A stretch of DNA of 38,201 nucleotides from a virus. Lineage: Duplodnaviria > Caudoviricetes. The translations under genes were made by a program, and so were the position numbers. Positions within the stretch are counted from its first letter, which is position 1. Each line of letters opens with the position of its first letter. The stretch is taken from positions 1-38,201 of IMG/VR virus record IMGVR_UViG_3300020181_000021, one strand, 5' to 3'. Shown here in pieces: positions 34,775 to 38,201 of the stretch. The notes beneath the pieces are model-generated. The model saw only the letters and a list, made by a program, of their open reading frames with translations. It ran no database searches and was not told the DNA's origin.

Positions 34775-36354
34775 TGAGCTCCAAAACAACCTCCAAGACG
34801 AACCAGCAATCCAGTCAGGTCAATAGCCTGCCGAATTGGTTGACTGCTCCATACCAAGCCGCGTTGGGCCAAGCTCAGCAAACGATGACGCGCCCCGCCA
34901 TAGGCGCGAATACGCAGCAGGCGCTCAATAACCTGACGAACGGCGTGGCTGCGGGTACAGGGGCCATCCAGGGCGCAATGGGCAGTTTGTCCGGCATGGC
35001 GCAGGGGAACTTTGGGACCACGGCGCTCACGAAAGCGGCGAATGGCGATTACCTGAACCCCTCCGTATCGGGCGCGCTGAGCGGCTTTGCGGCGAACGGC
35101 GGCGGAACCCAGACCTCAGGTGCCTTGGATGCCTACCGCAATGGCGGACAGCCAACTGCTGTGTCGGGCGCGCTATCTCAATTTCTCAACGGCGGCAGTC
35201 CGCAAGCCATGTCCACCGCCTTGAACGGGTTTGCGGCGAACGGCGGTGGGTCGGCCCTGCCCGCGAGTTTGGCGCAGTTTGCAGAGAACGGGCGGCTCGA
35301 CACGTCCTACATCGCAGACATCATGGGCGGCTACCGGCCCGATGCCGACACTAGCTATTTGAGCAACTCCGGGCTCAACCGCACTGCAGCCGGCGAATAC
35401 CTATCGCCAGACTCGAACCCCTTCATCAAGAGCATCGCCGATCGCTCCGCCAGTGCTGCGCAAGCACGGATAAATAGCCAGTTTGGCTCGGCCGGAAGGT
35501 CGAACGGGTCCGGCTTGTACGCGAAGCTATTCGGCGAGGGCATCGCAAACGCCTCCAACGATGTCTACGCCAACAATTTCGCAACCGAACGGCAGCTTCA
35601 ACAGCAGGCTCAGGGCACGTTGCTCGGCGCAGGCCAGAATGCCTCGGAGGCTTCCGCCAATCGCCTGCTCTCCAGTCTCGGAACCCGTCTCGGCGCGGAA
35701 AGTGCGGCGCGTGAGAACGCCCTTTCTCGCCAATTTGGAGCGGGCACGGCCGAGAATGCCAACCTGCAGGCGGCCCTTGGGCGGCAATACGGCGCAGCAG
35801 GGTCTATCTTCGGCGCAGAGAACCAGCTGGGGTCGGAAGCCCTTGCCCGTCAGTACGGCGCATCGACCGCTCAATTCGGAGCGGAGAACGCCGCGAACGA
35901 AAACGCCGCGGGCCGTCAGTATGGTGCGCTGTCGTCCATCGCCTCGGGCGAGAACGCGGCGATCCAGAATGCCCTCGCACGCCAGCAGGCCGCCGCCACG
36001 AACGTATTTGGCGCGGAAAATCAGGCTCAGGAGGCGGAGCGTACTCGCCAGCAGGCGGCGGCAAGCGGACTCCTAAGCAGCCAGCTTGGGGCCTCTAGTC
36101 AGCTTCCCGGGCTTCTCAGCTCCATGGTGAGCGGCCAGCAGGCGGCGGTGGGCGCCGGACAATTCGAAGATCAGGCGGAGCAGTTGCAGCTCGCGCGCTA
36201 CCTCCAGCTGCTGACCCAGATCGCCAGTCCCTTCGGCATGAGCAACGGAACGCTGACCGGCACGAACACTCAGAAAACTTCCGGGCTCGGAAACGCGCTG
36301 AACGTCTGGGGTAATTTCATGGGCAACATGGCTAGCGCGGCAGGAGGGGCCTGA
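34774..36354 (+). CDS. Ejection/internal virion protein 1
   Basis: ATG 34774; S/T-rich N-terminus, NPFIKS and FGSAGR.GSG motifs; Ala/Gly/Gln-rich repeats. Confidence 0.78.
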   Translation: MSSKTTSKTNQQSSQVNSLPNWLTAPYQAALGQAQQTMTRPAIGANTQQALNNLTNGVAAGTGAIQGAMGSLSGMAQGNFGTTALTKAANGDYLNPSVSGALSGFAANGGGTQTSGALDAYRNGGQPTAVSGALSQFLNGGSPQAMSTALNGFAANGGGSALPASLAQFAENGRLDTSYIADIMGGYRPDADTSYLSNSGLNRTAAGEYLSPDSNPFIKSIADRSASAAQARINSQFGSAGRSNGSGLYAKLFGEGIANASNDVYANNFATERQLQQQAQGTLLGAGQNASEASANRLLSSLGTRLGAESAARENALSRQFGAGTAENANLQAALGRQYGAAGSIFGAENQLGSEALARQYGASTAQFGAENAANENAAGRQYGALSSIASGENAAIQNALARQQAAATNVFGAENQAQEAERTRQQAAASGLLSSQLGASSQLPGLLSSMVSGQQAAVGAGQFEDQAEQLQLARYLQLLTQIASPFGMSNGTLTGTNTQKTSGLGNALNVWGNFMGNMASAAGGA

Positions 36355-36355
36355 G

Positions 36356-36997
36356 ATGGGACTGCTAACCGATCTGGGCCTCGCAGGTGGCACGAGTGGC
36401 AAGAAGGGCGGCGGAGTGGGCGGCATCCTCTCCGGGCTAGCTGACTTCGCCATGTACGGTCCTGCTATGGGAGTAGCTCGCCAGAACCGTGCACGCCGTC
36501 AGCGGCGGGACGAGATGGAAGAAGCCCGTTTCAATGCTGAGACGGCGAAACTTGGGCGTCCGAGGATCGAGCAGGTGGGCAGTAGCATCGGCATCGTGGA
36601 TCCCGAAACTGGAGCCTTCCAGCCTACTTACAGTGCGCCTCAGCAGCCCGGCCCGCTTGCGCAGAAGGTCGCGGACCTCAAGGCCAACGGCGCGACCCCG
36701 GACCAGATAGCGAGCTTCATCGCCGCCGAAACCAATCCTATGGCGGCGACTGAGGTCATCGGGCCTGACGGACTCCCGCGGCTTCAATTCTACCCTCGGA
36801 ACGGCATGATCGGTGGCATCCCGGCGCAGACGAACAAGCCGGCGGGCCCGCCTCAGGCAGCCATCGACGCGCTGCGCGCCAATCCTGATCGGGCTGGAGA
36901 GTTCGACGCCAAGTTCGGCGCAGGCTCCGCCGCAACCATCTTGAAGACAGGAGGTTCGGGGTCCGCAGCTCCGACCACCTTTCCGGTCCAGTTTTGA
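36356..36997 (+). CDS. Ejection/internal virion protein 2
   Basis: MGLL.. start; PPQAAIDALRANP...EFDAKFG motif. Confidence 0.75.
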   Translation: MGLLTDLGLAGGTSGKKGGGVGGILSGLADFAMYGPAMGVARQNRARRQRRDEMEEARFNAETAKLGRPRIEQVGSSIGIVDPETGAFQPTYSAPQQPGPLAQKVADLKANGATPDQIASFIAAETNPMAATEVIGPDGLPRLQFYPRNGMIGGIPAQTNKPAGPPQAAIDALRANPDRAGEFDAKFGAGSAATILKTGGSGSAAPTTFPVQF

Positions 36998-37259
36998 GCA
37001 TGGAACGCTCACCAGTGGACGGCGCACCACTGAGGGAAATCGTCTCGTCGGCGGCGTGCCTAACTCCTGGCACGTCACGGGAGAGGCTGCGGACTATGAC
37101 GGCCCGGACCTCAATGCGTTGCTCGGTGAAGTCCGGAGCCACTACGGCCCAGAAGCCAAAGTATTCATCCACAACGGTCACGTGCACGCTCAGAAGCGCG
37201 GGCTCGGTGCACCCTTCTATGGAAAGCGCGGCACGACCGGGCTGAAAGGCGGACGATAA
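36945..37259 (+). CDS. Peptidase M15-like (Zn D-Ala-D-Ala/LAS) domain in the +1 frame, probable frameshift extension of 36356..36997
   Basis: Frame open from 36945: TSGRR..GNRLVGGVPNSWHVTGEAAD...HNGHVH; no ATG/GTG/TTG before the motif begins. Confidence 0.72.
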   Translation, partial: RQEVRGPQLRPPFRSSFEHGTLTSGRRTTEGNRLVGGVPNSWHVTGEAADYDGPDLNALLGEVRSHYGPEAKVFIHNGHVHAQKRGLGAPFYGKRGTTGLKGGR

Positions 37260-38201
37260 TGGCTGCGCCTAACTTCTTCGACCAGTTCGACAGCCCTTCA
37301 ACCGGAGGAACGGCGCCCGTTGTAGTCGGCGGCATGCCCTCAATCCCGCTAGGTGCCGACCCCGCGCGGCAGCTCGACAGAGTTCTGAAGCAGCAGCAGA
37401 TCGAAGCGAACAACCGCGACATAGGTCAGTCGGGCCTGGACGCGCAGATCAAGCAGCAGCAGATCGTCAATGCCCAGCTCGAAGAGGAAAAGAAGCGCCG
37501 GGATTTGATCGGCGGCCCTACTGCCAATCCGGAAACTATCGGCGCTGCTCAGGCCAAGATCGCAGCCGCTCGCCAGCTCCAGGACCAGCTCAGCACGGTC
37601 GAGCGGATGTTCACTGAGCGCTTCGAGGGTCGCCGCTCCCTCGGCGAATATCTTCCAACAGCACCCAATTCAGAGTTCGATGCTGCCGTGGGCGGGCTCA
37701 TGCCTCTTATCCGACAGGCATTTCGAGTGCCGGGATCGGGCTCAGACACGGAGAAAGAGGCCCAGTACCTTGAGAACCTGATCCCCAATCGCTGGTCCTA
37801 TGATGAGAGCAATCGCCAGCGCATTGACCAGCTCAAGGACATGATCGGTTCCGTCGAGCGTGAATATGCGCCGATTGCTGGGGAGCGCCGCCGCGACGAT
37901 CCGGCGGTGGTGGGCGGGCCCGTGTCTCCGGTAGGCGGTGGGCGGGCGGGCGGCGGCACACCTATGGGCCTCGCATCGGGCGGAACGCGCGAGGAAGTAG
38001 ACGTGGCCCTTTCAGGCCAAGTCGATCGCATGATCCGCGAAGGCGCTACGGCGGACGAGATCAACGCCATCCTCCCCCCGGGTGCGCGGCAGGTAAGCCA
38101 AGGCGAGGTGGACACGCGCCAGCGGTACTTGCGGGCCAACCCGAATTACGGCGGGAGCATGGGCCGCGTCACTCGCACGGTTGCGAACCCCATCCTGAGC
38201 C
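37259..38201 (+). CDS. 5' part of the large ejection protein (continues at 1..1620)
   Basis: ATG 37259 (TAATG); MAAPNFFDQFD; no stop before the contig end. Confidence 0.8.
   Translation, partial: MAAPNFFDQFDSPSTGGTAPVVVGGMPSIPLGADPARQLDRVLKQQQIEANNRDIGQSGLDAQIKQQQIVNAQLEEEKKRRDLIGGPTANPETIGAAQAKIAAARQLQDQLSTVERMFTERFEGRRSLGEYLPTAPNSEFDAAVGGLMPLIRQAFRVPGSGSDTEKEAQYLENLIPNRWSYDESNRQRIDQLKDMIGSVEREYAPIAGERRRDDPAVVGGPVSPVGGGRAGGGTPMGLASGGTREEVDVALSGQVDRMIREGATADEINAILPPGARQVSQGEVDTRQRYLRANPNYGGSMGRVTRTVANPILS
38075..38201 (+). repeat. Terminal direct repeat, copy 2
   Basis: Identical to 1-127. Confidence 0.97.

Noticed and set aside
36994-37245. 83-aa ORF as the real gene after 36356..36997
   Set aside because: No recognisable motif; the overlapping frame ending at 37259 carries the M15 motif and is TAATG-coupled to the next gene.
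38075-38201. 127-bp terminal repeat as a biological direct terminal repeat
   Set aside because: It falls mid-gene and its length equals a common assembler k-mer (127), so it is best explained as circular overlap.
1-38201. Diversity-generating retroelement, retron, CRISPR-Cas or IS element
   Set aside because: No reverse transcriptase, cas or transposase motifs and no TR/VR pair were seen by eye.

Overview
The window is an apparently complete, circularly permuted genome (about 38,074 bp; bases 1-127 are repeated at 38075-38201) of a temperate, podovirus-like phage of a high-GC Alphaproteobacterium, probably Sphingomonadales (inferred). Gene order: lysis cassette (GH19 endolysin, holin-like genes); a small-gene/non-coding region with a LexA box; attP (5' half of tRNA-Val(TAC) with its own promoter and arm repeats); tyrosine integrase; a leftward early operon (Dam-like MTase, NinB, SSB-like, Rad52/Sak); a cI/cro switch with TTAC-N7-GTAA operators; a rightward early operon (C5-MTase-like, DUF1064, LexA-like, HNH, replication initiator with iterons); TerS, TerL, portal, SGNH hydrolase, scaffold, major capsid protein, tail adaptor and nozzle; and ejection proteins, the last of which wraps across the contig ends. 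The most unusual signals lie outside the ORF track: (1) an 81-87 nt multi-stem element with compensatory base changes, present four times inside gene ends of the early region and in both orientations; (2) two late promoters that share a spacer motif and a covarying structured leader; (3) a probable +1 programmed frameshift that adds an M15 peptidase to an ejection protein; (4) a tRNA-like ncRNA antisense to the left arm. All calls come from manual reading; no database searches were run.
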